From sequence record NC_073082: DNA of 44,715 nucleotides; one strand, given 5' to 3'. The notes below the pieces were generated by a model that saw nothing but the letters and a program-made list of their open reading frames with translations, did no database searches and was not told the origin of the DNA. This document shows positions 8,613 to 17,300 of the stretch, piece by piece. A program made the position numbers and the translations under genes. The stretch is from Shigella phage vB_SboD_StarDew. How positions within the stretch are numbered: position 1 is the first letter of the stretch; each line of letters opens with the position of its first letter.

Positions 8613-8952
8613 TTACGCGGGCTTAAAGCGGAAAGTCAATCCGCTGATTAAAAAGTTTGGCATTACGGCTACTGTGACGCGTCCGGGCACCGTAGACCGC
8701 GTAGACGGCGACGAAGTGGTCATCCCTGCGACCTCGTTTGACGTCATCGGGCTTCGCGAGGAGTACAAGCCGCGCGAGATCGACGGTACGCGTATCGTTG
8801 CCGGGGATGTGAAGTTTTTATGCCAGGCCGTCAAGGAAGTAAAGGTCGGAGATTTGGTTAGCCTGAACAATACAGACTACCGGGTTATCAACCCCAACCC
8901 CCTGCAACCGGCGGGCATTACCATGCTGTTTCAACTACAGCTAAGGGGCTAA
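8599..8952 (+). CDS. putative head closure / head-tail joining protein
   Basis: 117 aa; AGGAGG RBS 7 nt upstream of ATG at 8599 (ORF track start 8593 is too close to the RBS); positional call. Confidence 0.4.
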   Translation: MAGFNYAGLKRKVNPLIKKFGITATVTRPGTVDRVDGDEVVIPATSFDVIGLREEYKPREIDGTRIVAGDVKFLCQAVKEVKVGDLVSLNNTDYRVINPNPLQPAGITMLFQLQLRG

Positions 8953-8953
8953 C

Positions 8954-9547
8954 GTGGCTGAAGTCTACTCATTTGCCGCCACTATTGCTACGTGGGTGGA
9001 TAAGACGAAGGAGAACAACGATAAGGCGGTGCGGGCGTACGGGATGCAAATACTCGGACGCCTTATTGAGATCTCCCCGGTGGGCGACCCTCGCCGGTGG
9101 AAAATTAACAGGGCTTACGCGCTGGCCCGCCAGCACGCGAACAAGGTGAACGCCGCGCAGCGTCGCAAGAATGGTGGCAAACTGAAGCGCGGGCAGAAAA
9201 AGCACGCCAGTGTGCTGGTATCATTCAAGACTAAAAACGGCAACGTCACGTTCCGCCAGCGTGGCTGGGCTGCGAAGAATTACACTGGCGGACGCTTCCG
9301 GGGAAACTGGCAGGTTACGTTCGACCGCCCGGCTGTTGGCGCTATTGACCGCGTGGATAAGGCCGGAACGGCAACATTAGCCGCTGGGCGTGAAGTGCTG
9401 GCGCATTACGATTCCAGTGAATACGGGTCGATCTGGTTTACTAACAACGTGCCATACGCGCAGCGACTTGAGTATGGCTGGAGTAAACAAGCGCCCGCGG
9501 GGATTGTTCGCGTCGTAGCGGCAGAAATTAATTCGAAGGTGAAATAA
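8954..9547 (+). CDS. tail completion / neck protein (HK97 gp10-like)
   Basis: 197 aa, GTG start with AAGGGG RBS; C-terminal NNVPYAQRLEYGWSKQAPAG resembles HK97 gp10-family signature; positional support. Confidence 0.45.
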   Translation: MAEVYSFAATIATWVDKTKENNDKAVRAYGMQILGRLIEISPVGDPRRWKINRAYALARQHANKVNAAQRRKNGGKLKRGQKKHASVLVSFKTKNGNVTFRQRGWAAKNYTGGRFRGNWQVTFDRPAVGAIDRVDKAGTATLAAGREVLAHYDSSEYGSIWFTNNVPYAQRLEYGWSKQAPAGIVRVVAAEINSKVK

Positions 9548-9969
9548 TGAGCAATACCGCAATCCGCAAAGCGCTTAACAGCGTGGTAGAAGAGTTATCG
9601 GCGAGCCTGAGCACAAGCCCGCGGCCGATCAAGGTTAACTGGGAGAACGTGCAAGGGGACCACGCAAACGGGAGTGGTGTCTACCTGGAGCCGTACCTGC
9701 TACCAGCCCCGACCCAGTTTGTGGGCCTCCAGCAAAAGGGGAGAATCTATGCAGGCGTATATCAGGTTGCCGTGGTGTTCCCTGCAGGCACGGGTACGCA
9801 GTACGCGAGCGAACTGGCGGACGCCATCGCTACGTCGGATAAGTGGCTGACGGTAAAGATTTCCGGCGCTGCATTCCAGCTTCAGGACGCGCCATACACC
9901 AGTTCAGTGGTTGAGGACGTTGATCGCGCCCGCATCGTGGTTACAGTCCCCTACACCTGTTGCGTCTGA
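9547..9969 (+). CDS. putative tail terminator protein
   Basis: 140 aa ORF between neck protein and major tail protein; stop/start overlap (ATAATG). Confidence 0.4.
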   Translation: MSNTAIRKALNSVVEELSASLSTSPRPIKVNWENVQGDHANGSGVYLEPYLLPAPTQFVGLQQKGRIYAGVYQVAVVFPAGTGTQYASELADAIATSDKWLTVKISGAAFQLQDAPYTSSVVEDVDRARIVVTVPYTCCV

Positions 9970-10030
9970 TTTGGCGCTATTCTGCGCGTGCTGTATCATT
10001 GAACCGTATATCTAAACAGGAGCGTTCATT

Positions 10031-10756
10031 ATGGGTTATCAACTTCCTAACGGGTCTAGCGTCCAGATTGGGTCCGTACTGGGCAACGGTATCGCTGTTA
10101 CGGCAGCTACCAACGCCGCCGCGTCGATCTCTGATCTTACGAAAGGGTGCGTTATCACCTGCGCGGCTTCTCATGGCTTGAAAGTTGGCGACGTGGTTAT
10201 GTTCACTAAAACCCCGTGGGTCCGTGCGCTGAACCGCGCGTTCATCGTGGGTAAAGTGGCGACTGACGACGTTACACTGGCGCGCTTCGATACTCAAGAC
10301 GTCACCAAATACCCTACCGGCGCTTTCAGCACAGGCACACCGGGTGAGGTGGTGAAGGTGTCGAGCTTTGTCGACTTCCCGTATATCACTAACGTTGCTG
10401 TGTCGGGTGGTGACCAGCAGACCACCACCTTCCAGCCGTTGCAGGTGAACACCGCGATCAGTCTGAATACCACGAAAAACCCGTTGGTCCAGACCTACAC
10501 TTTCACACACGACGAAGAAGACCCGATCCGCCCGATTCTGGAAGACCTGGACGACACACAGAAAACCACTGTGATTAAGTTCACTAACCCGGCAGCGGCA
10601 AGCGGCAAAGGTGAGATCCGCATTTACCCGGCTAAGGTGTCTTTCCAGAAGATTCCGTCGGCTGAAGTAAACAACGTGGAGACGGTGGAGTCCACTCTGA
10701 CCATGCAATCCGATATGGTTATTTACCGTAAGGACTTGGTTGAGGCGCTGTCGTAA
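10031..10756 (+). CDS. major tail protein
   Basis: 241 aa ORF with AGGAG RBS, followed by strong terminator and then chaperone G/GT and tape measure genes. Confidence 0.6.
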   Translation: MGYQLPNGSSVQIGSVLGNGIAVTAATNAAASISDLTKGCVITCAASHGLKVGDVVMFTKTPWVRALNRAFIVGKVATDDVTLARFDTQDVTKYPTGAFSTGTPGEVVKVSSFVDFPYITNVAVSGGDQQTTTFQPLQVNTAISLNTTKNPLVQTYTFTHDEEDPIRPILEDLDDTQKTTVIKFTNPAAASGKGEIRIYPAKVSFQKIPSAEVNNVETVESTLTMQSDMVIYRKDLVEALS

Positions 10757-10785
10757 TTTGGTCGCTTAAATAGCGGGTGATAATA

Positions 10786-10810
10786 TGGGGCCAGTACGGC
10801 CCCTTTTTTA
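10786..10810 (+). terminator. rho-independent terminator after major tail gene (GGGGCC-agtac-GGCCCC + TTTTTT)
   Basis: Read directly. Confidence 0.6.
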
Positions 10811-10825
10811 TTGGAGAATACTACA

Positions 10826-11188
10826 ATGGCTAAAGCACCACTCTTTACACTTGACCCTAAGCCGACTTTTAAGCTGCCGATTGAAATCCCGCGCCCCGGC
10901 GAAAACGAACCAGGAAAAATGACGTTTACCGTGCGACACCGCCCTATAGATGAATTTTCGCAGACCATGCAGGATACTGAGCGCAAGTTGTCGGAATATG
11001 ACGACAATGATCCTGACGGCTTTAACGTTATGGTCGAGGCCATCATGCACGTCGCAGAAGGCTGGAATCTGCCGGACGAATTTAACGCGGAGAACGTCCG
11101 CCGCCTGGTGGTCAACTATCCGCGCGCGTTCGGCGTGTTCCACACTTCGTACTATCTCGAACTGATGGGATTGCGTGAAAAAAACTAA
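10826..11188 (+). CDS. tail assembly chaperone (lambda gpG-like)
   Basis: Small acidic protein directly upstream of tape measure; GGAG RBS before ATG at 10826 (track start 10811 is TTG); ends at slippery site. Confidence 0.7.
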   Translation: MAKAPLFTLDPKPTFKLPIEIPRPGENEPGKMTFTVRHRPIDEFSQTMQDTERKLSEYDDNDPDGFNVMVEAIMHVAEGWNLPDEFNAENVRRLVVNYPRAFGVFHTSYYLELMGLREKN

Positions 11189-11502
11189 TTGAGGCGGCGC
11201 GACGCTTTTATGGCCCGCCGCCACCCTCCGAAGATTTAGCCGCAAGTTTATGGGGTGCGACCCCCGAAGATGTTTGCCCGCCGGTTGCACTATGGCCCGA
11301 CAACGCGAAGGTAGTCGCAGTCTTCACAGATTGCTCCACGCAATGGCGCACCGGATTCGGTGGCGCATACGGCATCGACTACGGCGTACTGGAATGGCTA
11401 TTTAAGATGCACGGCATCGAAAACGCGCAACGTGCGTTTAAAGATATCAAGCTAATGGAACGCGTTGCGCTGGATGAAATGGCGCGGCAGAACCACGCAT
11501 AA
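10826..11502 (+). CDS. tail assembly chaperone GT-like fusion made by -1 programmed frameshift at A_AAA_AAC (11179-11185)
   Basis: -1 frame is open from 11179 to stop at 11500-11502 with no in-frame start codon until 11407; slippery heptamer sits just before the G stop codon. Confidence 0.6.
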
Positions 11503-11504
11503 CG

Positions 11505-11817
11505 GAGCGGGACAGGCGGGACGTCCCGTTTTGTCCCGCACCTCTAAAACTGCATATTTACTCACCACAATTGCATAAATTAAAAGCGGGACAGGGGTGC
11601 TGTCCCGCTTTGTCCCTCCCTTAAAAGTGAATAGCTATGCGGTTTTTCTGCATAAAACAAACGGGACAAAAAGCGGGACTGAATGGGGCGGGACAAAGCG
11701 GGACAGCACCCCTGTCCCCGCCAGTGCTGCCGCGGTTTTTAGCCGATCGGGACAGGCGGGACAAAGCCCAGTCTTTCAGACTAGACGGGGGGTCTGGCAC
11801 CCCCTCGTCTGAGACTG
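11505..11817. repeat. iteron/hairpin array A: multiple GCGGGACA repeats, palindromes, ACTGCATAA motifs and a 49-nt imperfect hairpin
   Basis: Read directly; about 90 bp plus the 49-nt hairpin nearly identical to 39660-39848. Confidence 0.85.
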
Positions 11818-11885
11818 AATAAGGTTTGTTTTAAATTCGCTGATACAATGACCGACGGCAACTGCATAAAAAGGGGGACTGCATA

Positions 11886-14528
11886 ATGGCAGATCAGGCA
11901 GCGGGCATCACGCTCAAGGCGGACGTCGCGCAAATTAAAACGGCTAATACTGTGCTGGACACATTTGCGCAGAAATCCGAGAACACAGAACAGAAAGTAA
12001 AGAAATTAAACGACACCCTCGGCAAGTCGAAAAAGGTTACTGGAGACGCCGCGGGCGGAATGGAAAAGTTAGCGACTGAATCGCAGCGTGCCGCCGATGG
12101 CATGACGAAACAGGAGCGACTCGCCAGCCGATTAGGCATGTCGACCAAAAACCTGGGATTCGCATCGCGGAACGCCGCATTCCAGTTACAGGATATTGCG
12201 GTGACGCTTGAAATGGGTATGCCGGTGCACCGCGTTATGCTTCAGCAGTTACCGCAGCTTACTGGGGCGTTTGGCGGACTGGGTAACACGCTGCGATATG
12301 TTGCGGGCTTTCTCGGCCCAGTAGGGATCGGCCTTTCAGCATTAACGGCGACGTTAGGCGTAGGGGTGGCAATTACGACCCGCGCAGAGAACCAGGTGGC
12401 GGCGCTTAATAAGACGCTGGCGCTGTCCGGTAATATTTCAGGCCTCACAGCTAACCAGATCCTTGTGCTGTCCGAGAACGCCGAGCGCATGGGCGGGTCA
12501 TTTCGCAAGACGCGTGACACAATCCAGGCGCTGGCGGCGGCGGGTGTGAAAGCTGGTGGTGACTTCGGAGCATTGGCTAAGGTAGTTAATGACTTTGCGA
12601 AGGTGTCCAGCCAGCCGATCGAGGATGTGGTAGCGGCGGTGGCGAAGCTGTCAACCGACCCCGTTGGCGGACTGCGTGCGCTGGCGGATAAGTATCACGT
12701 CGTAAACGAAGCGCAGATCCAGCAGGTACAGTCGCTCGTTGATGCGGGTCGTGAGACAGACGCAGTTGCGTTGGCTAACAAAACAGCCGCTGCGTCGTTC
12801 ACCAGCATGACCAATGAGATCAAGGCGAACATGGGTACGCTTGAGCGATCTATGAACGTCGTCACATCGGCAGCCAAATCAATGTGGGATGCCATCCTGG
12901 ATGTGGGCCGCGCGCAGTCCTCGAATGAGTCAGAGATGAAAGCGCGTGAGTCATTGCAGCGCATGACCACGGCTTATTATGCCGAGATGAAAGCGGTAAA
13001 CGCTGCCGGTGGGGTAATGACTGAAGCGCAGAAAGCACGTATTAACATGCTTTACAGCGAACTGGTCGCCCAGGAAAAAGTGGTGGCGTCGCTCACCCTG
13101 CGTAACCGTGCTGAACGAGACAACTCCCGCGCCGCAGACGAATCCGCAAAGGCGAACGAGGAGGCCAACCGCACCGCCCGCGACCGCGCCGCGTTTGAAA
13201 AGGAGTACGCAACTAACGCGAAGAAGCGCGCCGACGAGATCGCCCGCCTCAATTTGCTGAATAAGCGCGGCGTTATTGACGAGAAAGAGCTTGCTGAGGC
13301 GGTGAAGCAGGTAAACGAGCGGTACAAAGACCCAGCCCCGAAAAAGGCCGCGGCTGTTCGTGTGGATGCCGGTATGAAAATGCTGGAAGTCGCACGGAGC
13401 GAACTGGCCCAGCTTCGAGAATCCGGCAAGCAGATCGAAGCCAACGCGACTACGCAGACCCGCACGCAACGCGCTCAAGCGGCCTTAAACAAGCTGATCG
13501 CCGACAATGAGCAGTTAATCGCTGCGAGCAAAGAAAGAGCGCTAACGGCAGCAGAAAAGCAGCAATTAGTCGAGTTCGGGCGCGTGAAGGAAGTCCGCGA
13601 GCAGATCGTCGAAGAAGCCAAATTGCTGGATGCGAAAGAGCAGCAGGTTAAGGCGCACGCGCAGATCGATGCCTTCGTTAAGAACCAGAACGCCGAACTA
13701 AAAGCCACCGCCGCGGGGTATGCGCTTTCCACTCGCGAAGCGGCAAACCTGCGCGAAGAATTGCAGCTAATCGATCGCCTGAAGCGGGTTGGCGCTAACG
13801 ATACCGATATTGACAAGGCGGTGTCTAAGCTGCGAGAAGTGCAGGAAGCACAGACCGGCGCTAACGCCTCGTTATGGGATGGATTCAGTCGCGGGCTTAA
13901 GGATAGCGTGTATGAAATGGGTAACGGATATACGCAGATGGCGTCGCTCACGAAATTTACATTCAGCGCTATGCAGGACACGATGAACGAGTTTTTCGAG
14001 ACTGGCAAGCTGAACGCAAAGGATATGGTTAAGTCCATCCTGAGCGAATTAATCAAGCTGGCTACCTCGCAGGCGTTCAAGTCCATCGTTAGCGCTTTCG
14101 GTGGCGACGGCGGCAAAAACGGATTGTTCGGCGCTATATTCTCCGGCCTCACTAAGAATGCGGACGGCGGAGCGTACTCAGGGGGCAATCTCGCGGCCTA
14201 TTCAGGGAAAGTGGTAAGCCAGCCTACCTTTTTCAGTTATGGCGTCCAGGCGTTCGCTAAGGGCGCAGGATTGATGGGCGAGGCTGGTCCTGAGGCCATC
14301 ATGCCACTGAAGCGCGGGCCGGACGGGAAACTGGGCGTTGCCGCGTCTGGCGCAGGCGGTGGTATGGTCGTGACGACTAACGTTTACACGGGGACCGGTA
14401 AAACGGATACCAGTGTCAGCGGGCCGGACCCCCGTACTGCGCAGGCGTTCGGCAAGCAAATCACCGAGGCGGTGAAGGCCGAGATCGTGAAGGCGACGAA
14501 ACCGGGTGGTGTACTTTACAAACGATGA
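11886..14528 (+). CDS. tail tape measure protein
   Basis: 880 aa, coiled-coil-rich middle, Gly-rich C-terminal part; follows G/GT chaperone. Confidence 0.9.
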   Translation: MADQAAGITLKADVAQIKTANTVLDTFAQKSENTEQKVKKLNDTLGKSKKVTGDAAGGMEKLATESQRAADGMTKQERLASRLGMSTKNLGFASRNAAFQLQDIAVTLEMGMPVHRVMLQQLPQLTGAFGGLGNTLRYVAGFLGPVGIGLSALTATLGVGVAITTRAENQVAALNKTLALSGNISGLTANQILVLSENAERMGGSFRKTRDTIQALAAAGVKAGGDFGALAKVVNDFAKVSSQPIEDVVAAVAKLSTDPVGGLRALADKYHVVNEAQIQQVQSLVDAGRETDAVALANKTAAASFTSMTNEIKANMGTLERSMNVVTSAAKSMWDAILDVGRAQSSNESEMKARESLQRMTTAYYAEMKAVNAAGGVMTEAQKARINMLYSELVAQEKVVASLTLRNRAERDNSRAADESAKANEEANRTARDRAAFEKEYATNAKKRADEIARLNLLNKRGVIDEKELAEAVKQVNERYKDPAPKKAAAVRVDAGMKMLEVARSELAQLRESGKQIEANATTQTRTQRAQAALNKLIADNEQLIAASKERALTAAEKQQLVEFGRVKEVREQIVEEAKLLDAKEQQVKAHAQIDAFVKNQNAELKATAAGYALSTREAANLREELQLIDRLKRVGANDTDIDKAVSKLREVQEAQTGANASLWDGFSRGLKDSVYEMGNGYTQMASLTKFTFSAMQDTMNEFFETGKLNAKDMVKSILSELIKLATSQAFKSIVSAFGGDGGKNGLFGAIFSGLTKNADGGAYSGGNLAAYSGKVVSQPTFFSYGVQAFAKGAGLMGEAGPEAIMPLKRGPDGKLGVAASGAGGGMVVTTNVYTGTGKTDTSVSGPDPRTAQAFGKQITEAVKAEIVKATKPGGVLYKR

Positions 14529-14533
14529 TAAAA

Positions 14534-14564
14534 TGGCCCTCACATCCATCGTGGGGGCTTTTTT
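14534..14564 (+). terminator. candidate terminator/attenuator after tape measure gene (GCCCTCAC-atccatc-GTGGGGGC + TTTTTT), abutting next start codon
   Basis: 8-bp stem with one G-U pair; T-run ends 1 nt before ATG at 14565. Confidence 0.45.
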
Positions 14565-15164
14565 ATGTCACAAGGTACAATCACTTTAACGAAAGGAAGT
14601 AAGACCGTCACGGGCGCGGGAACGGCGTTCCTTAGCGAGATCGGTAAGGTACTCGTATTCGCCCGCATCGACGGCAACGACTACACCGGCAAAATTGCGG
14701 CATTCAACTCGAACACGGTCATTACTCTGAAAGATAACTGGGCCGGACCGACGAAATCCGGTGCGGCATATGAGCTAATCGAAGCACACGACCCGCGATC
14801 AAACGAATGGCCCTATTACTGGCACATGCAATTGCAGGGCGGCGGCGACGTGCAGTTGGCTTTCCGGTCGGAGGAATTGCAATTTGGTAATGGCTACGGG
14901 CAGAACATCGCGGACGGCCCGAACGCCGAAACGAAACAGTTCCCCGTGCAATTCATAGGCCTGACTACCGACAAGTGGTGCAACCCTAAACTGGTTTACA
15001 ACTTCCTTCGCGGGCACTTCGTAAAACCGTTTGTCGTCACATCACCGGATGGCGAAACAGGTTTATTCGTGGTCGAGCGTTCGAGCTTGTCGTACACGGA
15101 CAACGGGCACTACACGGCAACGGTATCCGCCACCCTTAAGACTGCTATTGGATTCGTAAGATGA
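14565..15164 (+). CDS. minor tail protein (lambda gpM-like position) with N-terminal domain shared with the tail fiber
   Basis: First gene after tape measure; N-terminal 70 aa similar to N-terminus of the 22040 tail fiber (GT-I/L-x-x-T-x-x-SK-x-V-x-G-x-GT-x-F). Confidence 0.6.
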   Translation: MSQGTITLTKGSKTVTGAGTAFLSEIGKVLVFARIDGNDYTGKIAAFNSNTVITLKDNWAGPTKSGAAYELIEAHDPRSNEWPYYWHMQLQGGGDVQLAFRSEELQFGNGYGQNIADGPNAETKQFPVQFIGLTTDKWCNPKLVYNFLRGHFVKPFVVTSPDGETGLFVVERSSLSYTDNGHYTATVSATLKTAIGFVR

Positions 15165-15949
15165 ATAAACTATATCGCGAGGCGACACGCTTCGACCCAT
15201 CGGGCCGCGTTCGCCTGATTCACATTGACGCTCAGGACGTGGAACCAGGAGACGGCGCGATCGGAGCGGGGCATCACTATTTTCACTACTGCTTTATTCC
15301 GCACACTGCGGAGGATATTGCTGCCGCTGGGGGTGACGAGGATAAGCTGAAGCCAAAATCCATCTTCTTCGGCGGGCAGGAGTTCGAATTCTGGCCCTTC
15401 GATCTGTCTGGCCTTAACTTCTCCACATCGACGGCAGCAGAACCGCAACTAACAATCGTCGATATTGGCGGCATAATAACCCGGCTGTCGCTGAACCACG
15501 ACCAGCTACTTGGCGCGAAGGTTGAGATCATTGATACGTTCGCGAAGTTCCTGGACAACGGGACAGATCCAGACCCGACGCAGAAACGAGTTCAGGAGTA
15601 TTACATCGACTCGCAGGTCGGGCGCAATCCGGGCAAGCAAATTACCTTCGCACTATCCTCGCCTGCGGATATGGAAGGGCAGGTCGTTCCCCGTCGCCAA
15701 ATCATGAATATGTGCGAATGGGCGCTCAACGGGAAGTACGCCAGCGGGGACGGGTGCACCTGGAACCTTGCGAAGCCCGGTATAAAGTATTACGACGAGC
15801 GAGGTAATGAAGTCATTGCGATGAATATGGACCGATGCGGCGGCTGTTTGTCCGACTGTTATCTTCGATTTGGGCAAGGGCTTGCGGACCCGAAAGCGGC
15901 GGTGCTGGACTTCGGCGGCTTTCCTGGGTCCAGATTAATTAAGGGGTAG
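15161..15949 (+). CDS. minor tail protein L-like
   Basis: C-terminal Cys cluster (CEWALNGKYASGDGC...DRCGGCLSDC) as in lambda gpL Fe-S motif; ATGA overlap with upstream gene. Confidence 0.75.
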   Translation: MNKLYREATRFDPSGRVRLIHIDAQDVEPGDGAIGAGHHYFHYCFIPHTAEDIAAAGGDEDKLKPKSIFFGGQEFEFWPFDLSGLNFSTSTAAEPQLTIVDIGGIITRLSLNHDQLLGAKVEIIDTFAKFLDNGTDPDPTQKRVQEYYIDSQVGRNPGKQITFALSSPADMEGQVVPRRQIMNMCEWALNGKYASGDGCTWNLAKPGIKYYDERGNEVIAMNMDRCGGCLSDCYLRFGQGLADPKAAVLDFGGFPGSRLIKG

Positions 15950-15951
15950 CC

Positions 15952-16692
15952 ATGTTAACGAAAAAGGTTAAAAGCGATATCGCCGCGCACGTTGCGGCAT
16001 GTCTGCCGGAAGAAGCCTGTGGGTTGGTAGTCATGGCGGGTCGCAAGCAAGTATTCGTACCATGTCAGAACGTATTCGAAGACCCGACCGGCGTGCGCTC
16101 ACGCAAAGACGCGTTTACTATTAGTGATATGGCCTGGATGGATGCCGAGGATATGGGCGACGTCGTGCGCGTAGTCCACTCGCATCCGGGCCAGCGCGAG
16201 CTTACCCCATCACTGGGAGACGTTAACGGATGCAACGGCAGTGGCGTCGTCTGGACCATCACTAACGAATATGGCGACTTTATCGAGATCGACCCGGAAG
16301 ACCCGCCGCTGGTAGGCCGCCGATTTGTTCTCGGGGTTACTGACTGTTACGGCCTCGTCATGGCATGGCACAAAAAGCAGGGCGTAAACCTGCCAGACTT
16401 CCGCGTGCCGTATAACTGGTGGGAGACAGGCGAAAATCTGTATATGGATAACTGGTACGGCGCGGGCTTCAGGGAATGCGAGGAGAATACGCCGGGGGCG
16501 ATGGTTATCATGCAGATCAGCGCGCCAGTGCCTAACCATGCTGGGATATTCCTTCCGGGCAACCAACTACTACACCATATCTACGGCAGCCTGTCGAGCG
16601 TGATACCCTTCCGATCAGGATTTTTCCGGGACAATGTGGTTAAATGGGTACGTCATAAAGACCTACCGGGGAATATAACAGAATGGCAATGA
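15952..16692 (+). CDS. tail assembly protein K-like (JAB/MPN metalloprotease + NlpC/P60-like domains)
   Basis: JAMM-like motif VVHSHPGQRELTPSLGD; position between L and I. Confidence 0.8.
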   Translation: MLTKKVKSDIAAHVAACLPEEACGLVVMAGRKQVFVPCQNVFEDPTGVRSRKDAFTISDMAWMDAEDMGDVVRVVHSHPGQRELTPSLGDVNGCNGSGVVWTITNEYGDFIEIDPEDPPLVGRRFVLGVTDCYGLVMAWHKKQGVNLPDFRVPYNWWETGENLYMDNWYGAGFRECEENTPGAMVIMQISAPVPNHAGIFLPGNQLLHHIYGSLSSVIPFRSGFFRDNVVKWVRHKDLPGNITEWQ

Positions 16693-17300
16693 CCACATTT
16701 AAATTATACGGCGTTTTAGGACGTCGATTCGGTAAAGTGCATAAGCTGGACTGCTTCACTCCAGGCGAGGGTATCACCGGCCTGTGCGTGAAGTTACCCG
16801 GCTTACAGGACTTTCTAATGTCGGCCCACCTGGACAATATGATGTTCAAGGTGCGCAAAGGCGACCACACGATGACCGGCTATGATGAGCTGGGCGAGTT
16901 CCACGGCAACCGCGTAGTTACCATCGCGCCGGTTATGACGGGCGCAAAAAGAGGGTTGGGACAATTGCTGGCGGGTGTCGCGATCGTTGTGGCGTCGTTC
17001 TATACGGGCGGACTTGCTACTGCCGCTTTCGGGGCTTCGGCTGCAACAGCTGCCGCTATCGGAACGGCGACGTTTTCGTTCGGGATGTCGATGGCGCTGG
17101 GTGGCGTTATGCAATTGCTGTCGCCACAACCGAAAGGATTGCAGACAAGGCAGGACGTGGATAACAAAGCGTCGTACGCGTTCGGCGGGCCAGTGAATAC
17201 AACAGCGCAAGGCACGGCGCTTGGTGTATTATGGGGCGAGCGTGAGATCGGCGGCGCTATTATTTCAGCCGGAATCGTAACCGAGGACTTGAACGAATGA
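16683..17300 (+). CDS. tail assembly protein I-like
   Basis: 205 aa with Gly/Ala-rich hydrophobic C-terminal half; between K and J; ATGA overlap with J. Confidence 0.7.
   Translation: MAMTTFKLYGVLGRRFGKVHKLDCFTPGEGITGLCVKLPGLQDFLMSAHLDNMMFKVRKGDHTMTGYDELGEFHGNRVVTIAPVMTGAKRGLGQLLAGVAIVVASFYTGGLATAAFGASAATAAAIGTATFSFGMSMALGGVMQLLSPQPKGLQTRQDVDNKASYAFGGPVNTTAQGTALGVLWGEREIGGAIISAGIVTEDLNE

Noticed and set aside
9977-10708. 243-aa minus-strand ORF opposite the major tail gene
   Set aside because: Antisense to a gene with RBS and terminator; no independent support.
11505-11817. Possible CRISPR array, given the many short GCGGGACA repeats
   Set aside because: Repeats are only 8-9 nt, irregularly spaced, in both orientations, with no regular spacers and no cas genes.
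11597-11822. Two overlapping small ORFs within iteron array A, and the similar ORF at 39588-39944
   Set aside because: Their similarity comes from the duplicated DNA repeats; the frames run through palindromes and iterons, lack RBS, and differ in frame between copies.
12951-14188. Two minus-strand ORFs (175 and 237 aa) inside the tape measure gene
   Set aside because: Antisense to the tape measure gene; Ser/Ala-rich composition mirrors codon bias of the sense strand.
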